Assembly: GCA_030689605.1 (NCBI GenBank)
Contig: JAUYFT010000011.1
Span: 1 to 50,006, forward strand
Direction of reading: 5' to 3'
DNA length: 50,006 nucleotides
DNA from: a bacterium
GTDB taxonomy: Bacteria > Patescibacteriota > Patescibacteriia > PEXW01
Within the stretch, counting starts at the first letter, position 1. Each line of letters starts with the position of its first letter. The translations under genes were made by a program, and so were the position numbers. Shown here in pieces: positions 34,002 to 41,215 of the stretch. The notes below the pieces were generated by a model. It saw nothing but the letters and a program-made list of their open reading frames with translations. It was not told where the DNA came from and ran no database searches.

Positions 34002-34366
34002 TGGGAGCATGTACACCTTGCTCTCTCACCTTGGGGAGAGAGTGCCCGAAGGGCGTGAAAGGGGTACCTCGAGTTCATCGAGGGACGGGGTGGTAATTAT
34101 CTGTCATGCCGTAGAGCCCATCCGGCCTGCCTACCGGCGAGGTAGGCATCTTACGGCTGACTTACGAACGGCTAGCGAGAATTACCCCCAGAGTCGGTGG
34201 AAGGAAATCTGTTCTTACTCCCCCTTAATCAAGGGGGAGAGGCAAAAAGAGATCAGGTTAAGCCTCCCCTCCTCGATTGAGGAGGGGCGGAATCAAGGCT
34301 AGATTCAATACAAATATCTCTTCAGTTATGAAGTGTCGACTCTATTCCAATATTTGGGGTGGTAAT

Positions 34367-34396
34367 TTACTCCTCCTTCGCCCCAATAGGCTTGTC
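34367..34396 (-). pseudogene. 30-nt relic of the 3' end of a sugar-1-phosphate nucleotidyltransferase gene (encodes DKPIGAKEE*)
   Basis: The reverse complement gacaagcctattggggcgaaggaggagtaa translates to DKPIGAKEE*, identical to the C-terminus of the intact gene at 35298-35327. An in-frame stop lies two codons upstream (one extra Glu codon before it), so only a 10-codon relic is open. Confidence 0.7.
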
Positions 34397-34492
34397 TTCT
34401 TACATTGCCTAAACATTCAAACTCATCACTAGCTCCTACACTTCATAGTTGTTCGGTACTACATTAACTAGTACACTTTAGTCAGTACTCAG

Positions 34493-35293
34493 ATGCCAAT
34501 ATATATGCAGAAGAGTCGAACCCTCGCCCAACTCGTTGCAGGCCTCCAACGCTCCCCAAGAGTGAGGGGTATTTTCTATACTGGTTCAACAGCAACGCAC
34601 ATAAGCAAGACAAGTGACATTGACCTCGTAATCATCCTCGATCGAAATACAAAGCAACTGCGATCCATCTACACAATGGTTCAAGGTCATTTTGCAGATA
34701 TTTTTTTCTTTGATCTACCTTTCCTCAAGACGCTCCAAAAAAAGAAAATCTTCTCAGCAAATACACTTGACGGCATCTTCGTAACCTGGCTTCGTCAGGG
34801 GAAAATCATGTACGACCCCACACACAAGCTTCAGCGTTTGCAAGCCACGTTGAAAAAACGTCAAACTTTCATTGTAAGTGAACAGGAAAAATTAGAATGG
34901 TGGGTAAAAATAAATTACAACCGGATCGCCAACGAACGCTACGCCCGCTCATCGAAGGATGTATACAAGAGGGCTCTCGAGCTACGGCTTCTGTATAGCG
35001 TGACAGAGTTGACGACTGCCTACTTTGCGTTTCGGGGAATACCTTGGCGAGGGGAAAAAGCGGCCTTCGCGTACCTGGCGAAGCATGATTCGCGCTGGGT
35101 AGCTACATTCAGTACGTTTGTGAAGAGCGCGAAGGTGCAAAAGAAAATGCAGGCCTATCGTAAACTCTTCGCGTACACTTGTACGAAGCAATTCGGTACT
35201 TGGGGCAAGCAGTTTTTCATACCCATGAATGCACAAGGTCAGTACGACAAATCCCTCGTGCCGTACTGGAAGGCACTCCAGCGAAAACCCTAA
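34493..35293 (+). CDS. Pol-beta-superfamily nucleotidyltransferase with C-terminal helical (KNTase_C/HEPN-like) domain; aminoglycoside/lincosamide-NTase-like architecture
   Basis: GIFYTGSTATHISKTSDIDLVIIL fits the G[SG]-x(9-12)-DxD minimal NTase motif, followed by a ~150-aa helical C-terminal part. The gene is more AT-rich than the flanks. Confidence 0.6.
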   Translation: MPIYMQKSRTLAQLVAGLQRSPRVRGIFYTGSTATHISKTSDIDLVIILDRNTKQLRSIYTMVQGHFADIFFFDLPFLKTLQKKKIFSANTLDGIFVTWLRQGKIMYDPTHKLQRLQATLKKRQTFIVSEQEKLEWWVKINYNRIANERYARSSKDVYKRALELRLLYSVTELTTAYFAFRGIPWRGEKAAFAYLAKHDSRWVATFSTFVKSAKVQKKMQAYRKLFAYTCTKQFGTWGKQFFIPMNAQGQYDKSLVPYWKALQRKP

Positions 35294-35297
35294 GTCG

Positions 35298-36056
35298 CTA
35301 TTCCTCTTTCGCCCCTATTGGCTTATCCAGTTTCCCCTGCTGCCGCCACTGCTGTGCCAGGAGGGATGCCTTCATGAGCGAGTCGAATGATTCGCCGCCG
35401 TCGCCCCACGCGCCGGTGAGCGTCTCAAAGGTCATGGTGCCTTGTTGCACGTAATAGTTATTCAGATCCGTCACTTCCAATTCTCCACGCGCTGAAGGCT
35501 TCAGCGTTTTCACTACCTTAAAGACTTGCCCGTCGAACATATACACGCCAATCACGGCAAGGTTGCTCTTCGGCTCTTTCGGCTTTTCCACGATGCTCAC
35601 AATCTTTGCGCCATCAACTTCTGCAATGCCAAATGACTTTGGGTTGTCCACTTCCTTTAGAAAAATCTTCGCGCCTTGCTCCTGCGCCGAGAAATCCTGC
35701 ACGGCTTTGGCAATACTATCCTCCAAAATGTTGTCACCCAAAATGACGACAACTTTCTCACCATCGGCGAAGTCTTCGGCCAAACTCAACGCCTGGGCAA
35801 TGCCGCCGGGTTTCTCCTGCACGCCGTACGAGAGCCGGACGCCGAACGCGCTGCCATCACCGAGCAATTCCAAGAAACCACCGGCGTGGCCTTTGCCTGA
35901 GACAATCATCACTTCTTTGATCCCTGCCTGCACCAACGTCTGCAGCGGGTAGTAAATCATGGGCCGGTCGTAGACGGGCAGCAAGTGCTTGTTTGTGACG
36001 CGCGTGAGTGGGAAGAGGCGGGAACCTGTACCACCAGCGAGGATGATGCCTTTCAT
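35298..36056 (-). CDS. Sugar-1-phosphate nucleotidyltransferase (short-form glucose-1-phosphate thymidylyl/uridylyltransferase-like)
   Basis: MKGIILAGGTGSRLFPLTRVTNKHLLPVYDRPMIYYPL is the signature GGxGxRL region. Start trimmed to ATG 36056. Confidence 0.85.
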   Translation of the reverse strand: MKGIILAGGTGSRLFPLTRVTNKHLLPVYDRPMIYYPLQTLVQAGIKEVMIVSGKGHAGGFLELLGDGSAFGVRLSYGVQEKPGGIAQALSLAEDFADGEKVVVILGDNILEDSIAKAVQDFSAQEQGAKIFLKEVDNPKSFGIAEVDGAKIVSIVEKPKEPKSNLAVIGVYMFDGQVFKVVKTLKPSARGELEVTDLNNYYVQQGTMTFETLTGAWGDGGESFDSLMKASLLAQQWRQQGKLDKPIGAKEE

Positions 36057-36090
36057 AGGGGTATGCGTTAATAGCAGCACGTACAGCATA

Positions 36091-36126
36091 CGCTGTTCGA
36101 GAAAAGAAAAGCAAGGCACCGAGAGT
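36091..36126 (-). terminator. Intrinsic terminator GCAAGGCACC-loop-GGTGCCTTGC + UUUUCUUUUC
   Basis: 10-bp stem at 36101-36126. The plus-strand A-rich run 36091-36100 gives the U-tract on the minus strand. It lies 22 nt after the GNAT-LOG stop. Confidence 0.75.
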
Positions 36127-36148
36127 GGTGCCTTGCGAAATGAACGTG

Positions 36149-37210
36149 CTACGGCGAAGCGAGTGCGAGCACCAGCGCAACAATTTCCTCGGGAGTTGCG
36201 GCGCCAGCAATGGTAACCAACTGCAACCGATCCAAGCTCTTCCCAACGAGGTCATCGAAGGTTGAATGGAAGCCGGTCGCGACGACCATTGGCTTCTTAT
36301 ACCGATACGCGAGTGCGACCTCGGCCAGCGTTCCGGCCCCACCAGGGAACACCACCAGTGCCTCGGTGCTGGGTATCCCTACGAATAGGTAGTCACCAAC
36401 ATTGATTGGCGTGTTTATCTCAATGGTGACGTAGGGATTGCAGGATCCAGGAATTGGCCCGGGTGTGCCAATAGTCTCACCACCAGCGTAGAGCGCACCG
36501 CGACTTGCAGCCTCCATGACACCGTCTGTACCACCGGTGACGACAATCGCACCTTGCTGAGCGAGCGCGTACCCTACAGCTTCGGCACACTGCAGCAAGC
36601 GTGCAGCGAGCGCTGGATCTTCGGGCAAATTCCCAGTGCTGGCACCGAGCACGCCAATACGCAAACGGCGTGGCGCAGTGACCATGTACCAGAACTGATG
36701 TTGCATGCCAGGCGTAAGGCTACAGGGTTGAAAAACACCCGTTTGGCGCATACCGAGGTTCTGATTTAGTGTGCGAATCCGAACGTTATCCTCACGCATA
36801 CGTGTCATAACCAGAACGCGCTTCGGTGTTTTCCGTATCTGCTCAAGGGCCTCGACTTTTAGCTGCCGAGCTACACCACGTTCTTGAGATTCAGGATCAA
36901 CAATTGTCTCCCAGATCCAAACGAAGTGTCCATGCGGAATATTGAGAATGAAGTTTCGGAGAGTTGTTGCACTTGCATGGCGTTCTGTAACTGCATCTAA
37001 CGACATGTCACTCCACCACGTAGCGCCGATAACTTTTCCATTATTCGTTGCTACGACGCAATGAACATTAGAAAAGCTCTTTTGCTCTTCCCAACGACGT
37101 TGCACTTCCGAAAACTTGAGCGTTTCCTTCCACGGTTCACCCGCGAATGCTCGCTGGTATGTATCGAGAATCTCGGGAAGATCTTCTGGAACGAATTTTC
37201 GAATAACCAT
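36149..37210 (-). CDS. Fusion protein: N-terminal GNAT acetyltransferase + C-terminal LOG/TIGR00725-type Rossmann (SLOG) domain
   Basis: The GNAT core is ..VVATNNGKVIGATWW...VDPESQERGVARQLK... The C-terminal half has TGGTDGVMEAASRGA and FPGGAGTLAEV, the GGxxGxM and PGGxGTxxE motifs of LOG-family proteins. SD GGAGGT precedes ATG 37210. Confidence 0.65.
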   Translation of the reverse strand: MVIRKFVPEDLPEILDTYQRAFAGEPWKETLKFSEVQRRWEEQKSFSNVHCVVATNNGKVIGATWWSDMSLDAVTERHASATTLRNFILNIPHGHFVWIWETIVDPESQERGVARQLKVEALEQIRKTPKRVLVMTRMREDNVRIRTLNQNLGMRQTGVFQPCSLTPGMQHQFWYMVTAPRRLRIGVLGASTGNLPEDPALAARLLQCAEAVGYALAQQGAIVVTGGTDGVMEAASRGALYAGGETIGTPGPIPGSCNPYVTIEINTPINVGDYLFVGIPSTEALVVFPGGAGTLAEVALAYRYKKPMVVATGFHSTFDDLVGKSLDRLQLVTIAGAATPEEIVALVLALASP

Positions 37211-37321
37211 GTTACCTCCATCTATGTTTGCTTGTTGTATTCTCCGTAACCTAACACACCGAAGTGCAGCGTCAAATGGGGTGGGTAAAATGCTAAGCGA
37301 ACTCCTTGGCAGTAGGTGAAG

Positions 37322-37349
37322 TTGACGCCCGCAACCTATGACATAGACT
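37322..37349 (+). promoter_or_regulatory. Possible promoter TTGACG-16-TAGACT for hutH
   Basis: TTGACG at 37322-37327 and TAGACT at 37344-37349, 28 nt before the ATG. Confidence 0.3.
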
Positions 37350-37377
37350 GCAAGTACCACATCTAAACCATGACGCT

Positions 37378-38919
37378 ATGCCTACCTACACGTTGAACGC
37401 AGGGCATGTACGCATTGAGGACATCGTACGCATCGCGCACGATCCTGCGGAGCACATCGCACTCGCGCCAGAAACACTCGCTGCAATTGAACGTTCGCGG
37501 GCAACGGTGAACGCCCTCACCGAGAAGCGAGCAGTCGTGTACGGCCTCACGACAGGTTTTGGCAAATTCAAAGATCGCTTCATCGATGGCGACCATATTG
37601 CGGAGCTGCAGGTGAACTTACTGCGCAGCCACTCGGTTGGCGTCGGTATGCCATTCCCGCTCCCCTGGGTGCGCGCCATGATGGTCATTCGCCTCAACTC
37701 GCTTGCCCGAGGGTTCTCTGGCGTACGTCCAGAATTGCTCAACCTCCTGGTGGGCATGCTGAATGCGAACGTCACACCTGAAGTACCGTCGAAAGGTTCA
37801 GTTGGCTCATCCGGCGACCTCGCTCCGCTCTCGCACATGGGGCTCGTGCTCATGGGTGAAGGTTTCGCTTGGTACAAGGGTGAGCGCCTCATTGGTGCCG
37901 AAGCCCTGAAGCGCGCCGGCTTGCAACCAATCCAGTTCGCCTCAAAGGAAGGACTCGCCTGGAACAACGGCACGTCGGTGCAGACTGGCGTGGGAACACT
38001 CGCCACGCACCTCGGAGTTCGGCTGACGAAGATTGCTGACATTGCCGCCGCGCTCTCTATGGAGGCGCACAACGGTCTCACCGCGGCGTACGACCCACGC
38101 CCGCACCAGCTCCGCGGGCATGAAGGTCAGATCGTGGCAGCTGCCAACATCCTGGAACTCCTCAAAGGCTCAACTTACATCAACAGCGGTACTGCAGCGA
38201 AGCGCGTGCAGGATGCCTACAGCCTACGTTGCGCCCCGCAGGTCCACGGTGCCACACGCGAAGCAATCCGCTACGCCGAGCACGTCATGAGTACGGAGGT
38301 GAACGCAGTCACCGATAACCCGCTCATCTTCGCCGATACCGCCGAAGCAATTTCCGCTGGGAACTTCCACGGCGAACCAGTCGCCATTGCCATGGATACG
38401 CTCGGCATTGCCGTTTCGGAACTCGCGAACATTTCCGAGCGGCGCACCGCGAAGCTCCTCGACTCGGCAACGAACGAGGGCTTGCCCATGTTCCTCATCC
38501 CGCCGGAACGCGGCGGGCTGCACAACGGCTACATGATTGCGCAGTACACCGCCGCCGCGCTCGTTTCAGAGAATAAGGTGCTCGCCCATCCCGCATCGGT
38601 CGACTCCATTCCAACGTCAGCCAACCAGGAAGACCACGTGAGCATGGGTACCATTGCGGCTCGCAAGGCCATGGAAATTGCGGGCAACGCAGTGGACGTC
38701 TTCGCGATCGAATTCATGTGCGCGACACAAGGTGTAGACCTACGCGAGAAAGCGCAGCTCGGCGTCGGGACGAGAGCAGCGTACGATGTCATTCGCGGCC
38801 GGGTGCCAATGCTCGATGGTGACCGCATCCTCGCGCCGGATATGCAAGCAATCGCCGAGCTCATCCGTGATGGCAGCATCGAAGCAGCCGTCGTGAAAGC
38901 TGGCGTGCAGCTGGGCTAA
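37378..38919 (+). CDS. hutH: Histidine ammonia-lyase (MIO-dependent aromatic amino acid lyase family)
   Basis: YGLTTGFGKF, LQVNLLRSHSVGVG (the Ser-His pair typical of HAL rather than TAL/PAL), and the MIO segment GSVGSSGDLAPLSH. 513 aa. Confidence 0.85.
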   Translation: MPTYTLNAGHVRIEDIVRIAHDPAEHIALAPETLAAIERSRATVNALTEKRAVVYGLTTGFGKFKDRFIDGDHIAELQVNLLRSHSVGVGMPFPLPWVRAMMVIRLNSLARGFSGVRPELLNLLVGMLNANVTPEVPSKGSVGSSGDLAPLSHMGLVLMGEGFAWYKGERLIGAEALKRAGLQPIQFASKEGLAWNNGTSVQTGVGTLATHLGVRLTKIADIAAALSMEAHNGLTAAYDPRPHQLRGHEGQIVAAANILELLKGSTYINSGTAAKRVQDAYSLRCAPQVHGATREAIRYAEHVMSTEVNAVTDNPLIFADTAEAISAGNFHGEPVAIAMDTLGIAVSELANISERRTAKLLDSATNEGLPMFLIPPERGGLHNGYMIAQYTAAALVSENKVLAHPASVDSIPTSANQEDHVSMGTIAARKAMEIAGNAVDVFAIEFMCATQGVDLREKAQLGVGTRAAYDVIRGRVPMLDGDRILAPDMQAIAELIRDGSIEAAVVKAGVQLG

Positions 38920-40001
38920 CGCTTGAAGCAGGCGGCGAACAGTTCTGCTGAGCCATAGCCAAGGCCTGGCGCATCTGGTGCGTGCATGCTCCCGCCTTGC
39001 ACGGCTGGGCCGAATGCTTTCGGATCGTCAATGAAGGTGAACGCGTTCAATGCCGTCGTGCGCACTGCGTGCGTGGCGGCGAAGTGCACGCCAGCGTACG
39101 TCCCCAGTGCGCCTTCAATCATAGAGCCAAGCATGTAGCCAGCGTTGTGCGCAGTGGCAGCATTTGCGAGTTCGTGCGCACCCCAAACCCCGCGAGACTT
39201 GGCCAGCTTAATGTTGAAGAGCTGCGCTGCGCCTGCGGTTGCTGCGGCGGCCGCATCTTCTGCAGTGTAGGTTGATTCGTCGAGCATGATTTGCATGCCC
39301 GTACGCTCATGCAACGTGCGGAAATCTGCTGGGGTACAGTTTGCAGGAAGTGGTTGCTCCACCCACGCCAAATTGGCGTCAGCGAATGTGGTTAACGCCT
39401 GTACTGCAGCGTCGACCGTCTTCCAACCCTGATTTGCATCCACGAAGAGTGTACGCTCTGGCCCAATCACTGCACGCACCGCTTGCAGGAGTTCATGCTC
39501 ACGGTCCACGTCCATGCCCACTTTCACTTTGAAAACTGTTATCCCCTGGTCAACGGCGGTCGCAACGAGTGCATTCGCCTGCGCCAAATCAACCATGGGA
39601 ATAGCAGCCTCTACAGGTACTGATTTTGCAGGACCGTAGTAGGCGTACACTGGCTTGCTCTCTTCTTGCCCCAGCGCGTCATGCAAGGCAACGTCAATGC
39701 CACAGGCCGCGGCGTACGCTGTCGGGATGATCGTAGCGAGAACCTTGCCCCACTGTTCGGGCTGCTGGTACTGCTGCCCAGCAATTACACCAGCTGCCTG
39801 CTGCCCAGCGGCAATGGTAGAAGCCTGCGTTTCACCTCGCGGTTCCCAGTACGCTGGGCACTCGCCGTACCCAACCACGCCAGCTTCGGTACTGACGCGC
39901 ACAATTGCATAGTCCAGCTGCACGAGCCGGACACCAGAGTACACGAACGGGTGCTTCAGCTTGTACGTCAAAGGCGCAACGTCGACACGGGTAATTTTCA
40001 T
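38916..40001 (-). CDS. Enolase-superfamily enzyme, muconate-lactonizing subgroup (dipeptide epimerase / N-acylamino-acid racemase-like)
   Basis: KxK motif FKVKVG, metal ligands DANQGW / WVEQP / MLDES, and the second catalytic Lys in FNIKLAKSRG. Its ATG overlaps the stop of the upstream M20 gene (ATGA). Confidence 0.75.
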   Translation of the reverse strand: MKITRVDVAPLTYKLKHPFVYSGVRLVQLDYAIVRVSTEAGVVGYGECPAYWEPRGETQASTIAAGQQAAGVIAGQQYQQPEQWGKVLATIIPTAYAAACGIDVALHDALGQEESKPVYAYYGPAKSVPVEAAIPMVDLAQANALVATAVDQGITVFKVKVGMDVDREHELLQAVRAVIGPERTLFVDANQGWKTVDAAVQALTTFADANLAWVEQPLPANCTPADFRTLHERTGMQIMLDESTYTAEDAAAAATAGAAQLFNIKLAKSRGVWGAHELANAATAHNAGYMLGSMIEGALGTYAGVHFAATHAVRTTALNAFTFIDDPKAFGPAVQGGSMHAPDAPGLGYGSAELFAACFKR

Positions 40002-41119
40002 AGATTGGGCAGGAGCAAGAATGTCCGGTAGAGTGCCACGCCTCGGTCTAACGCCGTGAGCGCAATGCTCTCATCAACTTGGTGGATCGTTGATGAATCG
40101 CCGGGTCCCAGGACGAAAACTCGGCCCCAGCGTGTGAACAGCGACGCTTCGGTCCAACCGGGTGCGTACATAATTTCTGCAGGTGCGCCGGTCTCCTTGC
40201 GGATAACCTGCAAGCAGTACTGCACCCACGCCTCACTACGAGCCGTGAAGAAACCATCGCCGCTGAATGGGAAGGTAACCTGAGCGCTGGCATCAACCCG
40301 CCGAACAAGTGCGCGCAGCGCACGCTTCTCCTCAGCGAGTTTTTCCTGCGGCACGAGGCGCCGATTCACCGCGAGCGTCGCCAACGGCGCAACGGTATTC
40401 ACGCCAACGCCACCGCTCATCGTGCCGTACGATAAGGTTGCCCGACCGAACGCTGGGTGCCGGCGCGCGTCAATGCGCTTCTCGTACACGCGTAAGGCTT
40501 GGAGAACTTTTGCCAATTTCAGGATTGCGTTCTCCTGGCCGTTCGTGGCGTACCGCACACGGCTTGCGTGCTTGCCGATACCGGTCGTGGTGATGCACGC
40601 GTCGAAGCAGGCCTTCTGCCCCAAGCGCACTCGGTTGTCGGTCGCTTCACCCACAATGATGGTTGCCGAACGTGCTGGCCGCTTCTGCGCGAGCAGTGCG
40701 CCACCAACAGCATGTCCTTCCTCGTCGCCATCGAGGAGGATAGTTACAGGGCGCTGGATACGCTTATGCGTCTCGGCGAACGCCGTAGTGAAAGCAGCAA
40801 TACTGCTCTTCATATCCGAAATCCCTAAGCCGTAGAGGCGTTTTCCCCTCCCAACGACTTTCACTGGCGGGGTCGCCCAGCTCCCATGGACATTCGCAGT
40901 ATCGGTGTGGCCAGAGAAGACTAGAGGCCGACCTGGAAGATTCTGACCGTACTCTGCCCGCACGTTCCACCGTCGTACACCGTCGCTCTGGTAGGCAGTC
41001 ATGCGCACGCGCGCACCCAAGCGAGCGTACGTCTGCGCCAGAACCTTCGCCACCTGTTGGTTCGAAATCTTCAACTGGCTATCGGTACCGACGAGCGTGC
41101 GGAGGAGAGGGATGAGCAT
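39998..41119 (-). CDS. M20-family metallo-amidohydrolase (ArgE/DapE/N-acyl-amino-acid deacylase-like), copy 1
   Basis: FSGHTDT, GLGISDMKS, LDGDEEG, VGEAT and a C-terminal ..STIHQVDE.. give the His/Asp/Glu/Glu/His metal-ligand pattern. ATG 41119 sits 7 nt after a TATACT box. Confidence 0.8.
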   Translation of the reverse strand: MLIPLLRTLVGTDSQLKISNQQVAKVLAQTYARLGARVRMTAYQSDGVRRWNVRAEYGQNLPGRPLVFSGHTDTANVHGSWATPPVKVVGRGKRLYGLGISDMKSSIAAFTTAFAETHKRIQRPVTILLDGDEEGHAVGGALLAQKRPARSATIIVGEATDNRVRLGQKACFDACITTTGIGKHASRVRYATNGQENAILKLAKVLQALRVYEKRIDARRHPAFGRATLSYGTMSGGVGVNTVAPLATLAVNRRLVPQEKLAEEKRALRALVRRVDASAQVTFPFSGDGFFTARSEAWVQYCLQVIRKETGAPAEIMYAPGWTEASLFTRWGRVFVLGPGDSSTIHQVDESIALTALDRGVALYRTFLLLPNL

Positions 41120-41142
41120 ATGCCCTAGTATACACTGCACTC

Positions 41143-41180
41143 AATAAGAAAACACCTCGTTCGGAACGGACGAGGTGTTC
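41143..41180 (-). terminator. Intrinsic terminator AACACCTCGT-loop-ACGAGGTGTT + UUUCUUAUU
   Basis: 10-bp stem at 41151-41179, with a U-rich tail on the minus strand. It lies 36 nt after the stop of the racemase-GNAT gene. Confidence 0.7.
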
Positions 41181-41215
41181 ATAAGGTGCTTTCGCAATAG
41201 AGCAGCTGGGCTGCG

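Noticed and set aside
34009-34302. A 97-aa plus-strand ORF in the pgk upstream region.
   Set aside because: It is made almost entirely of the hairpin repeats (Ser/Arg/Gly/Glu-rich), has no RBS, and has no recognisable fold.
34087-34367. GGGGTGGTAATT (two copies) resembles the start of the T-box consensus (GGGUGGUACCGCG).
   Set aside because: Only the first 8 nt agree. There is no specifier-loop/antiterminator architecture, and no aminoacyl-tRNA synthetase or amino-acid gene lies downstream on that strand.
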